Of a stretch of DNA of 64,000 bases, positions 19,914 to 30,091 are shown in pieces. The notes under the pieces were generated by a model. The model was not told where the DNA came from. It saw nothing but the letters and a program-made list of their open reading frames with translations, and did not search any database. Within the stretch, counting starts at the first letter, position 1; every line of letters starts with the position of its first letter. The position numbers and the translations under genes are program-made. Origin of the DNA: Rhodothermales bacterium (GTDB lineage Bacteria; Bacteroidota; Rhodothermia; Rhodothermales; Bin80); contig JAJECE010000050.1 in NCBI GenBank assembly GCA_022822185.1, positions 63,650 to 127,649 of the forward strand, given 5' to 3'.

Positions 19914-20585
19914 TCAGGTCAGGGTAAAGACAAAGGTCAGAGATGTGATGACATTGACGGGAACTCCCTTGAGTTGACCAGGCAGAAACCGTGCAAATTG
20001 AACGGCCCGCAGAACTTCTTCATCGCATCCCGCTCCCAGCCCCCGGATCACTGTCGGGAAGCGGACATGTCCATCTTTATCAATGATGAAGGCTACGGTC
20101 ACCTGTCCCTCAAGGCTTGCCCGCCTCGCCCGTTCTGGATATCGAATTTCTTTGACCAGACTTTCCATGTTGCCGAGTAGGATTGGGATCTGATCTAGAA
20201 AGTCAGATAAATCCGGCAGGTTGTCGTATCCGCGAAAAGCGACCGGCATCGTCATTTCTATACGGGATGGCTGCAATCCAGCACGACGGGTGGAGAATCG
20301 ACTATATCGGATGGACTGAATCGCTTTCTGTTTTATCATCTCGTCTGATCCCTGAGTAACAACAGGGTTCACGATCTGTCCGGTCTGATCCACAATAAAG
20401 GATACGAACACATGCTGATTCTCTGCTCCATTGTGAGGGATTAGAGGGGGCCCCTTGATCATGCTGAGAAACTCTGAAGGCTTCCTGTTGATTTGATCTA
20501 CTTCCTGTAATGTCGCCTTAGGTGTGACACATGCGCTGAAACCTAGGCCAAGGAAGATGGCAAACAGTACGGTGATGCGGGTCAT
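19914..20585 (-). CDS. Lipoprotein with two tandem TonB C-terminal domains
   Basis: Lipobox FSAC; 'VSFIVDQTG' domain and 'RYPERARRASLEGQVTVAFIIDKDG...GCDEE' domain. Confidence 0.8.
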   Translation of the reverse strand: MTRITVLFAIFLGLGFSACVTPKATLQEVDQINRKPSEFLSMIKGPPLIPHNGAENQHVFVSFIVDQTGQIVNPVVTQGSDEMIKQKAIQSIRYSRFSTRRAGLQPSRIEMTMPVAFRGYDNLPDLSDFLDQIPILLGNMESLVKEIRYPERARRASLEGQVTVAFIIDKDGHVRFPTVIRGLGAGCDEEVLRAVQFARFLPGQLKGVPVNVITSLTFVFTLT

Positions 20586-20916
20586 GATAGTCTCCAGATA
20601 CGCCCACCTTGGTGGGCTGGTTTAGGTCATGAGCGATTAATTTTAACACTCTCTTAACATTGAAGTAACAATAAGATAATACATTTTGTCCAATATTGCA
20701 AGAAAAGCCGATCATGGGTACTTCTTCCACGCTGAATCGATGAGGATCGGGCAGGAACACAGGGATGGCGTTCCAGGAAATGACCGTGTACAGCTACGCT
20801 CCTGACGAAGGGGTCATCAAGGGCGATGTCCGGGAGGAGATGCCGGTCTCACAAATCCGAGATCAACCCGTCCAGTGTTGATACACGCGAATGATTTCTG
20901 GAGGAATGGAGGCGAT

Positions 20917-21310
20917 TCAGTATAGCTTTCCTACCACAATCGACATTTTCATTCTCCCGTTCACGGCGCGGCTATCTTGGTGACCGGGAGTGCATCTTAC
21001 CTATTTGGTGATGAGCCGGATTACGTCCGCATTGCAATGCCGATCCGTACCCCGATAAAAGGATCACGCACATTCCCATTCTGATCTGTAACGAACTGTA
21101 TGATGATTCGCCTGATTACATTGCAACACGCGCTATGGTCTAGATTCTGCAATAGTACGTCAGGTTCCACAGTCAAGTCTGACGGCCTATCAATCACCTC
21201 ATACACTTCGGGTAATTCACCCGTATTCAATGGAGACAGGACGGATTGAGATGTGCAGCCGGCACACACAACAGCGAAGACAGGAAATAATAGAATTTCC
21301 CTTTCGTAAT
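20917..21310 (-). pseudogene. Decayed TonB-C lipoprotein copy
   Basis: 'LLFPVFAVVCAGC...IIIQFVTDQNGNVRDP' then, after a frameshift, 'HCNADVIRLITK*VRCTPGHQDSRAVNGRMKM'; no clear start codon. Confidence 0.7.
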
Positions 21311-21479
21311 GCAGTCAGCAGTTCTAATTTGAACTCCATTGAACCGTATCCGCTGATTCCAGGATCCTCCTGCACAGACAGAATTCTCTCTAATCCGAAC
21401 GACTGGTTCAGGTATACGGGACACTTGGTTCAGGAATCATTGCAGATCTATGTCGAGAGGTCATTGCGTGGATGAGACA

Positions 21480-21869
21480 TCATTGAAATGCGACAGGAAG
21501 AGTAAATTTCACCTTTACCAGCTCTCCGTTTAGCCGTCCTGGAATAAACTTGGCATGTTCTCGAACAACCCGGATTGCTTCCGCATCACAGGCAGGACCA
21601 AGGCCTTCAGGAACAGAGGGGGCAAGCACATTTCCATTTTCGTCCACGGTAAAATACACATCCACACGCCTCCACATCTTCGGGGAGTTCTCACGACACG
21701 CACGATGATTGACATGCTCTTGCAATCCGGCAATCCCTCCAATCAGTTGTGGCATTTGGCCACCGGGAGTGGAAACCGTCTCGGAAGGTAAAAACTCTGT
21801 TAAGGGTTGAGGTGTGCCGCAGGCGCTCACGCCAACGAGGAGCAGGAGTCGCAGGAGAGTACGGGGCAT
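21480..21869 (-). CDS. Short TonB-C-domain lipoprotein (divergent, YP motif lost)
   Basis: Lipobox VSAC; 'QMPQLIGG...VYFTVDENG...ACDAEAIRVVREHAKFIPG...VKVKFTLP'. Confidence 0.8.
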   Translation of the reverse strand: MPRTLLRLLLLVGVSACGTPQPLTEFLPSETVSTPGGQMPQLIGGIAGLQEHVNHRACRENSPKMWRRVDVYFTVDENGNVLAPSVPEGLGPACDAEAIRVVREHAKFIPGRLNGELVKVKFTLPVAFQ

Positions 21870-22042
21870 GATCTACGATACATTCTATGGTCACTGTCGC
21901 TAAACAAATATAATGCCCGACCTCAAAAAAAAACAACTCCGTGCAAATCTCTCCTGCCCAAGGACACCATGATTTACGAACGGCCCCATCTGTGCTGACC
22001 AGTATTCTTTTGACCGGGATATGCTCCGGTTAAGGATCAAAA

Positions 22043-22079
22043 GATATGCCCTGCACCTCAAACAGGCACAGGGCATATC
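22043..22079 (-). terminator. Hairpin after a TonB-C copy, paralogous to the tonB terminator
   Basis: GATATGCCCTG...CAGGGCATATC. Confidence 0.6.
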
Positions 22080-22097
22080 CATTGGACGGGGGAGGAT

Positions 22098-22478
22098 TCA
22101 AGTCAATTTGAACGTGATTGGAAGTGTCATCTTCACATTTACGGCACGGCCATCCTGACGACCGGGTGTGAATTTTGCATGCTCATTCAGGACTCTGATT
22201 GCCTCTTCATCACACCCCCCGCCGAGGCCCTGTACAATGGAAGCATCACGCACATTTCCCTTTACGTCTACAACAAACTCTACAATAACTTTTCCCTCAA
22301 TGCCCGCCATACGGGCGATCTCAGGGTACGTCGCATTTGTCAGCAGACTATTTATGCCTCCAATGAGTTCAGGCATCTGCTCAACCGTTTCAAAAATTTC
22401 AGAGTCATCAACCGATTCAGACGTACTGCAGGCACTGACACTAATGAGAATGAAGAAAAATAACAGGGTACGGATCAT
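22098..22478 (-). CDS. Short TonB-C-domain lipoprotein
   Basis: Lipobox VSAC; 'YPEIARMAGIEGKVIVEFVVD...GCDEEAIRV'. Confidence 0.85.
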   Translation of the reverse strand: MIRTLLFFFILISVSACSTSESVDDSEIFETVEQMPELIGGINSLLTNATYPEIARMAGIEGKVIVEFVVDVKGNVRDASIVQGLGGGCDEEAIRVLNEHAKFTPGRQDGRAVNVKMTLPITFKLT

Positions 22479-22724
22479 GGAAGTAGATTTCTATAGTTGG
22501 ATTTCAATGACCACCAAAGCGAAGTTCAAGGTCATCATGACTAAATCTCTTGCCTGCCATGACAGATCGCTCAATCCTCTGGACGAGAGATCTCAACGAT
22601 ACAACCACCGACCTATGCACATCACACAGGGGGCTTTCCGGCAGGAAAGGGCTGCTGAAAGGGGTAAAAAATATTCTCTGCATCTTCGACAGGAACAGGA
22701 CAGATCTGTGGCAATGATGGTCAC

Positions 22725-23105
22725 TCAACTCAACTTGAATATGACCGGAAGTGAGAATTTCACTTTTACCGGGTGCCCATCTTGTCGACCGGGAACGAAT
22801 TTTGCGTGTTCCTTCAGGACTCTGATTGCCTCTTCATCACAGCCGGAACCAATGCCGCGCACTACGGAAGGATCGTACACAGTGCCATTTTCATCCACAA
22901 TAAACTGTACAATCACTCGGCCTTCCACCTTCATTCTGCGAGCAATCTCAGGATATCTTACCTTGGCCTGCAGCCCTGCAAAGCCTCCAATCAATGCAGG
23001 CATCTGCTCAACCATTTCAAAGGCTTCAGAATCATCAACCGACTCTGACATACTGCAGGCACTGACACCAATGAAGATGAAGAAAACTAACAAAATGCGG
23101 ATCAT
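22725..23105 (-). CDS. Short TonB-C-domain lipoprotein
   Basis: Lipobox VSAC; C-domain aligns closely by eye with the tonB C-terminus. Confidence 0.85.
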   Translation of the reverse strand: MIRILLVFFIFIGVSACSMSESVDDSEAFEMVEQMPALIGGFAGLQAKVRYPEIARRMKVEGRVIVQFIVDENGTVYDPSVVRGIGSGCDEEAIRVLKEHAKFVPGRQDGHPVKVKFSLPVIFKLS

Positions 23106-23289
23106 GGAAATAGATTTCTATAGTCTGGGTTTAAATGACCGTCAAAACGAAGTTCAAGGTCATTACGAATAAATGTCCTTCCATGACGGGTTGCTCAATT
23201 CCCTGAGCGATATCACAACAGTACCATCACCGAACCTATGCGCACACGAGAACTGTCCTTCTGGCAGAAAAGGATTTCTGTCATGGGCC

Positions 23290-23330
23290 AAAAAAATGCC
23301 CTGAATCTTAGGAAGGTGCAGGGCATTTTT
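23290..23330 (-). terminator. Intrinsic terminator of tonB
   Basis: AAAAAAATGCCCTG...CAGGGCATTTTT. Confidence 0.7.
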
Positions 23331-23346
23331 CTTGAAAAGTAACGGA

Positions 23347-24012
23347 TTAACGCAACTTGAACTGAATTGGAAGCGAGAATTTTACTTTCACCGGGCGACC
23401 ACGCTGCCGTCCAGGAATGAACTTGGCATGCTCGGTAATGACTCGGATTGCTTCCTGATCGCAACCACCCCCAATACCGCGCACAACCGTAGGTTCGCTC
23501 ACATCACCGTTTTCATCAACGATAAACTGCACAATCACGCGACCTTCCACATTCGCCTTACGTGCGATTTCAGGATATCTTGCTTTAGACTGCAAGCCCG
23601 GAATTCCTCCAATCAATTCAGGCATCTGCTCAACAATCTCGAAGATTTCAGGCTCCTCAATCACCTCTTCTTCTTCCGGTGGAGGTGGCGGTGGCGGAAC
23701 ATTGATCGGCGCATCCAAGTCAAGCGAAGCATCAAGATCCAACTCGTCATCTTCCAGGATCTCGTCATTTGGGACTTCCACTGGAACAGGGGGACGCGGA
23801 GGTGGCGGCGGCTTTTGAATTTGCTCCGTCTGCAGGATTTCCTCCATTTGGACAACTTCCTGCTGAACTTGCTCAATTTCCATCGCTTCCCCACGTTCTA
23901 GGTTTGCGTTGAACGCAAGAATGAGCAAGAGGAGTGAAGCGATCATTCCAACCTGGACAAAGAAGCCGTAAGTTCGTTTTAGATCGGCTGCTGGAGCCTT
24001 ACGTAATGCCAT
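23347..24012 (-). CDS. tonB: Energy transducer TonB
   Basis: N-terminal TM anchor, poly-Pro linker, YP motif and TonB_C domain. Confidence 0.92.
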   Translation of the reverse strand: MALRKAPAADLKRTYGFFVQVGMIASLLLLILAFNANLERGEAMEIEQVQQEVVQMEEILQTEQIQKPPPPPRPPVPVEVPNDEILEDDELDLDASLDLDAPINVPPPPPPPEEEEVIEEPEIFEIVEQMPELIGGIPGLQSKARYPEIARKANVEGRVIVQFIVDENGDVSEPTVVRGIGGGCDQEAIRVITEHAKFIPGRQRGRPVKVKFSLPIQFKLR

Positions 24013-24113
24013 GATTCAGCGGGGTTTGTAACTAATTAAAAACACGTTGATAAATATACACAACGAACATCACATGCTCCTACATTGATAAAAAGCATCT
24101 GGTTCCCCAGAAA

Positions 24114-25712
24114 TTATTTTTTCCTCAACGAGGTCAATGCAGTGACGATACCGTCAATCATATCTCCAGCAATCATCGTGCCAGAATGATTTTTAAGCGA
24201 GTACTGGTCTGCGGCTAGTCCCCCGATATGAGACGCGCAGATGGCCGCCGTTGATCTTGCGCAGCCTTGTGCAAGGAGTCCACCACACAGGCCCGCCAAC
24301 ACATCCCCTGTCCCTGCAGTGGCAAGAGCAGGATTTCCTGTTCCGCACACGAAGGCCGAATCCTGCGAGCGGCCGATTACCGTTGGATGCCCTTTAAGCA
24401 CAAGTGTGCAGTTCCATTTGGATGACCACTGACACGCTGCGTCAAGAGGATCAAATTTCCCGAACTCCGGGGCCACACGATTGAATTCACCCGAGTGAGG
24501 AGTAAATATCCAGTTTCTTTTCCGCGCAGAGGTCAACAACAGTACGGCAGCGGGGAGCGCATCCGCATCCACGACAACCGGCAGCTCCGAAGATCGAAGG
24601 ATGGATTGCACGAAATCCTGCGTGTTCGGATGTCTGCCTAAACCAGGCCCAATGACCAATGCATCCGCTTTCGCAAGCCATGGCTGGAGTACATTCATAG
24701 CAGCATCCGCAGCAATGCCCCCCTCCGGGCTTTCGGGCAGGCCGATTGCCGGGACTTCGGTCATAGCCGTTGCCAGAATGCTCTGTATACTTTCTGGTAC
24801 AGCACAGGCAACATAGCCCGCACCGACACGTGCCGCCGCGCGTGCCGTCAGCGTGGGAGCCCCGGAAAACCCCGGGGATCCTCCAATCACCAGAACCATC
24901 CCTGCAGTATACTTATGTGCCTGTAAATCCCGATCTGGCATACAAGACGAGATGACTGAATCGGTTGTAAGCCAGTGAATTGGGAGAGATGGTTCCCGGA
25001 GGATTGCAGACAGGGGGATTCCAATATGGACCAGTTCGATACGGCCCGAATACTTCGGCCCTTGCCCGAACAGCAATCCCGGCTTGTATGCACTGAACGT
25101 GACCGTCAGGTCAGCCTGCACGGCGCTTCCAAGCGGGGTCCCCGTATCGGCATGCAGCCCCGAGGGCAGATCCAGCGCAACCACAGGTGCATTCATTGTA
25201 TTCAATGCGTCCGCCAAATTCAGGACATCTCCCTGCAGTGGCCGATTCAGCCCCACGCCAAACAGAGCATCAACGTACAGGTCCGCCGGTGGAAGTGGTT
25301 GCCCCGTATAACCTTCAATCTTCAGTCGGTGTGATTGATCAAGTTCATTCAGCTTTTGGAGGAAATGCCAATTCTGTTTTGCTTCGGGTGTAGAGGGCGG
25401 TTTCAGAACCATCACACAAACCGATGCCCCGCGGTTATAGAGTGTCCGCGCAGCCACATATCCATCCCCACCATTATTCCCGCTGCCGCAGCAGATGACA
25501 ACCTTGCGTCCACACATAGCGCCATAGATGTTCTCAATGGCCAATGCCGCGCCTCTCCCCGCATTTTCCATGAGTGTGAATGCAGAAAACCCGAAGGACT
25601 CAATCGCTAATTGATCAAATTTTTGCTGCACACTGCCACGCAGGAGTGGGAGAAAACCTGTAACAAAAGGATCTGAATCAAGAGATGGGTTTTTCGTGAT
25701 CTGGACTTGCAT
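24114..25712 (-). CDS. nnr: Bifunctional NAD(P)H-hydrate epimerase/dehydratase
   Basis: 'LMENAG', 'GNNGGDG', 'DLPSG', 'GPGLG', 'TPHSGE', 'LATAGTGDVLAG'. Confidence 0.92.
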   Translation of the reverse strand: MQVQITKNPSLDSDPFVTGFLPLLRGSVQQKFDQLAIESFGFSAFTLMENAGRGAALAIENIYGAMCGRKVVICCGSGNNGGDGYVAARTLYNRGASVCVMVLKPPSTPEAKQNWHFLQKLNELDQSHRLKIEGYTGQPLPPADLYVDALFGVGLNRPLQGDVLNLADALNTMNAPVVALDLPSGLHADTGTPLGSAVQADLTVTFSAYKPGLLFGQGPKYSGRIELVHIGIPLSAILREPSLPIHWLTTDSVISSCMPDRDLQAHKYTAGMVLVIGGSPGFSGAPTLTARAAARVGAGYVACAVPESIQSILATAMTEVPAIGLPESPEGGIAADAAMNVLQPWLAKADALVIGPGLGRHPNTQDFVQSILRSSELPVVVDADALPAAVLLLTSARKRNWIFTPHSGEFNRVAPEFGKFDPLDAACQWSSKWNCTLVLKGHPTVIGRSQDSAFVCGTGNPALATAGTGDVLAGLCGGLLAQGCARSTAAICASHIGGLAADQYSLKNHSGTMIAGDMIDGIVTALTSLRKK

Positions 25713-25718
25713 AAGAAC

Positions 25719-27380
25719 TTACTGATCAGATGGAACGGGGAATTCTAGGATAGATTGACCGATTTTAAGGGTTTCAGGCAGGGCAGTATCCCATCGGGGA
25801 CGAATGGTCAGGGCTTCAGATGACCAGGTAATCGGCTCAACAGCCTGATACGGATCAATCCAACCCCCATCCCAGCGGCCATTACGGTTTCGGTCAATAA
25901 ATGCATGTAACTGATAGGTGTTTTCCGGGAGGTTATTGAAAAAGAAGGCACCCTCTGAATCGGGCACATCTACGGCCAGAACATGGCCGTCCGAGTCCGT
26001 GAGTGTCACTAATACACTATCTCCGGCGGGAACCGTTACTCCACTTAAACTCCCTAGTGACCGAGGTCCAAGCCGCTCAAAAAACCGCACATGCATGCTG
26101 TCGGGCTGCTGTACCGCAACCCGGTAAATCTGAGCCGGATCATTCAGGGACATTAAGGAATAACGGATTCCGTTTGAAGTCTGGAGTTCATGATTTACCA
26201 TCGTACCGGTGGAGTCCTGAACGCTGACCAAGCTATCCAGGCGATCTTCGTTAACGGGTTGATCAAACACAATTTGAGGGGTTTCCCAGGGGGGCAGTCT
26301 GTATGGATTCTCGTTACCCTCTGGAAAAAATCCTGCGAACGTTGGTTCCTCTGTGCGAATTCTTGCGGATCCCCTAAAATAAATCGTATCCAGATGCACC
26401 GTATTTCCGCTGGAGTCCTGTATGGCGGGATCAGGAAAGAGTGCATAGGTTTTTTCCTGAATCGGGTCTGTTACCAGATAGAGCAGGCGTGCATTTGACT
26501 CTGACTGATAACTGGAATGAACCATGATCGGGGCATGAATCACAGAGTCCCGAATGCTCCAGGGCTCGCCTGCCGGACTTTGCAGGGATACGCTTTCGCT
26601 GAAACGAATTTCTATAAGTTGATTGGCCGTTGCACGCACTCGTTCAATAAACGGCCCCAGTGTGTCCACTTTTGTATACACCCAGTCTGCATACCGGCGA
26701 CTTGTATCCGGCATTGCCCTGATCACTGGAACCGGCGGAACTGCAAACCACTCTCCTGGATCCGGTTTCAGATTCCGGTTCAGATCCCGCAATCCAAGAA
26801 CGAAAAAATCGGATTCCCGAACGTAGTCGAATGCAAATCGCCCTTCCGTATCGGTTTGGGTTTGATAGGCCGGGCCTTGATCAATGGTCTCCTGTGACGA
26901 ATAGGCGAGGACCAGCAGGCCGGCAACGGGCATCCCCTGGGCATGATCAACAACGCGTCCACGTAACCGGCCCTGGTCAATCACCGGCCCGGTAGCGAAT
27001 GCGAAGGAGATTGGACGTGTCAGCCGAACCCCGCGCCAGTCCCTGAATTCATCATCAAGCGTAACCACATACGTAGTGGAGTCTCGCAGCGGCTCGGGCA
27101 GTCGCACCGTCACGGACCGTCGCCGCCATCTATACTCCAATCTCCCCTGCGGGGTCGGGACGATAGATAGAGCACTCGCAAAGGATCCCTCATTCACATA
27201 TTCCGAAAAAACCAGCTTAAGTTCACTGGGAGAGACCTCTACCGATTCATGGGGAGGTTCGGTCGAGAGCAGGGCGGGTGGAATTTCGTCACGCGGACCA
27301 CCGGTTGGGGGCCGGGGATCTGCGCAGCTGCAGACCAGCAGGACACTCAGTATAGCAATCCGATTAGTCAGCACGATCAT
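25719..27380 (-). CDS. Ig-like (Big_5) domain lipoprotein
   Basis: 'CA.PRPPTGGPRDEIPP', 'FSEYV', 'AFATG', C-terminal 'DRNRNGRWDGG'. Confidence 0.8.
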   Translation of the reverse strand: MIVLTNRIAILSVLLVCSCADPRPPTGGPRDEIPPALLSTEPPHESVEVSPSELKLVFSEYVNEGSFASALSIVPTPQGRLEYRWRRRSVTVRLPEPLRDSTTYVVTLDDEFRDWRGVRLTRPISFAFATGPVIDQGRLRGRVVDHAQGMPVAGLLVLAYSSQETIDQGPAYQTQTDTEGRFAFDYVRESDFFVLGLRDLNRNLKPDPGEWFAVPPVPVIRAMPDTSRRYADWVYTKVDTLGPFIERVRATANQLIEIRFSESVSLQSPAGEPWSIRDSVIHAPIMVHSSYQSESNARLLYLVTDPIQEKTYALFPDPAIQDSSGNTVHLDTIYFRGSARIRTEEPTFAGFFPEGNENPYRLPPWETPQIVFDQPVNEDRLDSLVSVQDSTGTMVNHELQTSNGIRYSLMSLNDPAQIYRVAVQQPDSMHVRFFERLGPRSLGSLSGVTVPAGDSVLVTLTDSDGHVLAVDVPDSEGAFFFNNLPENTYQLHAFIDRNRNGRWDGGWIDPYQAVEPITWSSEALTIRPRWDTALPETLKIGQSILEFPVPSDQ

Positions 27381-27963
27381 TCCGCAAATTAAAGAAGAGG
27401 AATGCAGCGAGCCCCGTCGCAGCCGCAATGATCACCGGCTCAAAATGACGACGAATCCAATGCTGTGGAGGGAGTTCGGCCTGGGTTTCAGGGTAGGCAG
27501 GCGATTCCAGTTCAGGAATCAGACTCTTTCGAATCTGGTCTGAAAACACCTGCTGACAGGTATTCTGAGACAAAATCTCGCCATTCAGCCCTAAATATGT
27601 GTAACGCAAGTTCAGTTCTGCTGAGCGGGATAGCGTTTTGCGCCCGGCACGCATATAGGAGATGGTCGCATTGAACACTTCCCAGGAAAGTAGAAAAGGC
27701 GGATCTTGGGTATTCAGCGAATCGGCAAAGAAGAGGATTTTGTCCTGCTTTTGCCAGCGACGAATCAGTGCACCGGTCATATAGGGGAGAGTGGCTGATG
27801 GAGACAGAGCCAGAGAATCTGCCTCCGCAGGGACGGATTCCAGGCATGAAATACCAAGGTTTTCGAAGATTTGCATATTCGTCAGCAGTTCCTGCGCCGA
27901 AGAGGATGCGGACAGGCTAAGTCCCCCCCAGCCTGCAAACAAGAGCGCCAGAGTATACTTCAT
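27364..27963 (-). CDS. Hypothetical exported protein with C-terminal membrane anchor
   Basis: Signal peptide, C-terminal hydrophobic helix; coupled to neighbours. Confidence 0.65.
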   Translation of the reverse strand: MKYTLALLFAGWGGLSLSASSSAQELLTNMQIFENLGISCLESVPAEADSLALSPSATLPYMTGALIRRWQKQDKILFFADSLNTQDPPFLLSWEVFNATISYMRAGRKTLSRSAELNLRYTYLGLNGEILSQNTCQQVFSDQIRKSLIPELESPAYPETQAELPPQHWIRRHFEPVIIAAATGLAAFLFFNLRNDRAD

Positions 27964-28460
27964 GCTACATCCTTGTGTAATTCGGCAACTAGATGCCGGG
28001 CTTCGGGAAGGATCAGTTTTTCCATGGCCAACTCAACCGCCTTGGGGGATCCGGGGACTGCAAAAACAACCATACCCGCACATGTACCCGCAATCGCCCG
28101 GGAGAGCATCGCTCGGCTACCGACCTGTTCCCAGGAGAGTAAGCGAAAAAGTTCTCCGAACCCAGGCAATCTCTTGTCCAAAAGAGGATTGACTGTTTCA
28201 AATGTCTGATCTCGATGACTGATCCCGGTTCCTCCGCTCAAACAGATCACATCGGTATATCCAGACTGGGCATGAATGGTCTCCCGTATGATGTCCGGTT
28301 CATCAGGAATAATACACTGCGAGGCAATTATGTGTCCACTTTCCTGAATAAATCCGGCCATACATGCTCCGCTCTTATCGGTGGCTTTTGTCCGTGTATC
28401 ACTTACCGTTATGAGTGCAAATCGCAGTTTCGCAGGTGCACCTGATTCATGTATGCTCAT
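27960..28460 (-). CDS. moaB: MogA/MoaB molybdenum cofactor biosynthesis protein
   Basis: 'ITVSD..DKSG', 'GGTG...RDQT', 'AMLSRA', 'PGSPKAV'. Confidence 0.88.
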   Translation of the reverse strand: MSIHESGAPAKLRFALITVSDTRTKATDKSGACMAGFIQESGHIIASQCIIPDEPDIIRETIHAQSGYTDVICLSGGTGISHRDQTFETVNPLLDKRLPGFGELFRLLSWEQVGSRAMLSRAIAGTCAGMVVFAVPGSPKAVELAMEKLILPEARHLVAELHKDVA

Positions 28461-28699
28461 CTCTGCTCCTCCGGCGACTCACCAAACCAGCGGGGAGGGT
28501 CATATCCATGCTTTGCCCACGGATGACATCGCAGAACGCGCCATATCGCCAGTATAATCCCTTTCGGCACTCCATACTTGTTTATGGCCTGAATTGCATA
28601 ATTTGAGCACGAAGGCGTATACCGACATGCATTATGGAGATGCGGTGACAATAGCAGTTGATATGCGCGTATGGGTAACGTAAAAAGTCGCCGTACCAT
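28457..28699 (-). CDS. yidD: Membrane protein insertion efficiency factor
   Basis: '[11 protein letters not shown]...[12 protein letters not shown]'. Confidence 0.92.
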   Translation of the reverse strand: MVRRLFTLPIRAYQLLLSPHLHNACRYTPSCSNYAIQAINKYGVPKGIILAIWRVLRCHPWAKHGYDPPRWFGESPEEQR

Positions 28700-28771
28700 G
28701 TTTTGTTCGTACCTTATCCGTCAATCTTACATTTCTATTGTATAAAGGTCCCTCACAACGACAGTATCATC

Positions 28772-29110
28772 ATGAGTGAACTTACCATCGCAAAGATAAC
28801 GGATGTCGCATTCAATCAGGATGGACTTGTGCCTGTAATTGCGCAGGAAGCCACCACATTAGAAGTTCTAATGATGGCGTACATGAACAAGTCGACTCTG
28901 GAGCAGACACTGAGGACGAAAACCATGACCTATTGGAGCCGCTCACGACAGTGTGTATGGGTGAAGGGAGAAACCAGCGGACACTTCCAAATCGTTCGGT
29001 CTGCAAAATTGGATTGTGATGGCGATGCGTTACTCTTTATGGTGGATCAGCAGGGCAGTGGCGCATGCCATACGGGAGCCCGAACCTGCTTCTATCAAGA
29101 TTTAACGTGA
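28772..29110 (+). CDS. hisI: Phosphoribosyl-AMP cyclohydrolase
   Basis: '[15 protein letters not shown]', 'DCDGD', '[10 protein letters not shown]'. Confidence 0.95.
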   Translation: MSELTIAKITDVAFNQDGLVPVIAQEATTLEVLMMAYMNKSTLEQTLRTKTMTYWSRSRQCVWVKGETSGHFQIVRSAKLDCDGDALLFMVDQQGSGACHTGARTCFYQDLT

Positions 29111-29212
29111 TGGGGCTTCAGGTGAAGATACAGACCCAAAATTCGAATGCACAGGTACGATCCTACGATGGTTCTGTGCTGCACAGTTTCGCACCGTCCA
29201 TCTGATCGTTGA

Positions 29213-29968
29213 ATGGATTCAATGGGTTTCTGGAATCACTCATTTTGGCTTGCATGTGCAATTTTGATGGCAGGATGCCTGATTAAAAACCAGATGCCCG
29301 AACCGGACTGGATGGTGGACCAGGCAGATGTGTTAGATGTCGAAGATGAGCATGCCCTGATGAATCTCCTTTCGGATTTCTACGACAGTACATCCGTTAC
29401 ACTCGCCGGTCTTACACTGGCATCTCTGCAGGGGAAATCTATAGAATCGTATGCGGCATCGATGTACGCATACTGGGAATTAGGTTCCGCCGAAACGCAT
29501 AATGGAATCCTGGTGACACTTCTGGAATATGAGCGCCTGGTACATATTACAGTGGGCAGTGGCATGTCGCAGCAGTTACCCGTTCATGTACGTGATTCAA
29601 TTCAGGTGGCAATGGCGCAACGGTTCGGTCTGGAAGACTACTATGGTGGCTTTGAACTGGGTTTTGAGCTGCTCATGCGCCGTGCCAGTGCGGTACCGTG
29701 GAGGATCGCATATACAAGCATTTTTGATGCCGAACGTGACTCGCTCCACAATATGGATCAGATTCTTTCCACCGAAGGTGTCATTACGGGTTTTGAAGAG
29801 GATTTGGTTTTGATTACGGACTCCGATGGAAAAGAAATCCAACTGATGATTCCCACAGAAGCCCCCATTCTCTCTATAGAGGATGTGATCGGATTCACCG
29901 GGCGCATTGTGGAAATTCAACCGATGCGGATTCAAGCGCTGAATCTGGATGTTGATTACACCTTCTAG
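29213..29968 (+). CDS. TPM-domain lipoprotein with extra C-terminal domain
   Basis: Lipobox MAGC; 'VDQADVL', 'WELG....NGIL', 'ITVGSG'. Confidence 0.7.
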   Translation: MDSMGFWNHSFWLACAILMAGCLIKNQMPEPDWMVDQADVLDVEDEHALMNLLSDFYDSTSVTLAGLTLASLQGKSIESYAASMYAYWELGSAETHNGILVTLLEYERLVHITVGSGMSQQLPVHVRDSIQVAMAQRFGLEDYYGGFELGFELLMRRASAVPWRIAYTSIFDAERDSLHNMDQILSTEGVITGFEEDLVLITDSDGKEIQLMIPTEAPILSIEDVIGFTGRIVEIQPMRIQALNLDVDYTF

Positions 29969-30091
29969 TCTTGGGACTTCGCTTCAGATGGATCAATCCT
30001 GTGTACGTATCGGGGAATTGGTATGCCGACCCAGCGTGTTACCTCGAATACCTCCAATCAATGAACATAATCTTCAAACTTTCCAGCGACG

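Larger units (their letters stand above)
22098..23275. repeat. Tandem duplication (~627-bp offset) of mini-TonB gene plus its upstream region
   Basis: Shared non-coding strings e.g. TAGATTTCTATAG, AATGACC..CGAAGTTCAAGGTCAT, CCATGAC..GCTCAAT, ACCTATGC at 22479-22650 and 23106-23275. Confidence 0.85.

Noticed and set aside
22168-23172. 334-aa plus-strand ORF with an internal repeat
   Set aside because: Antisense shadow of the two duplicated mini-TonB genes; its repeat only mirrors the duplication
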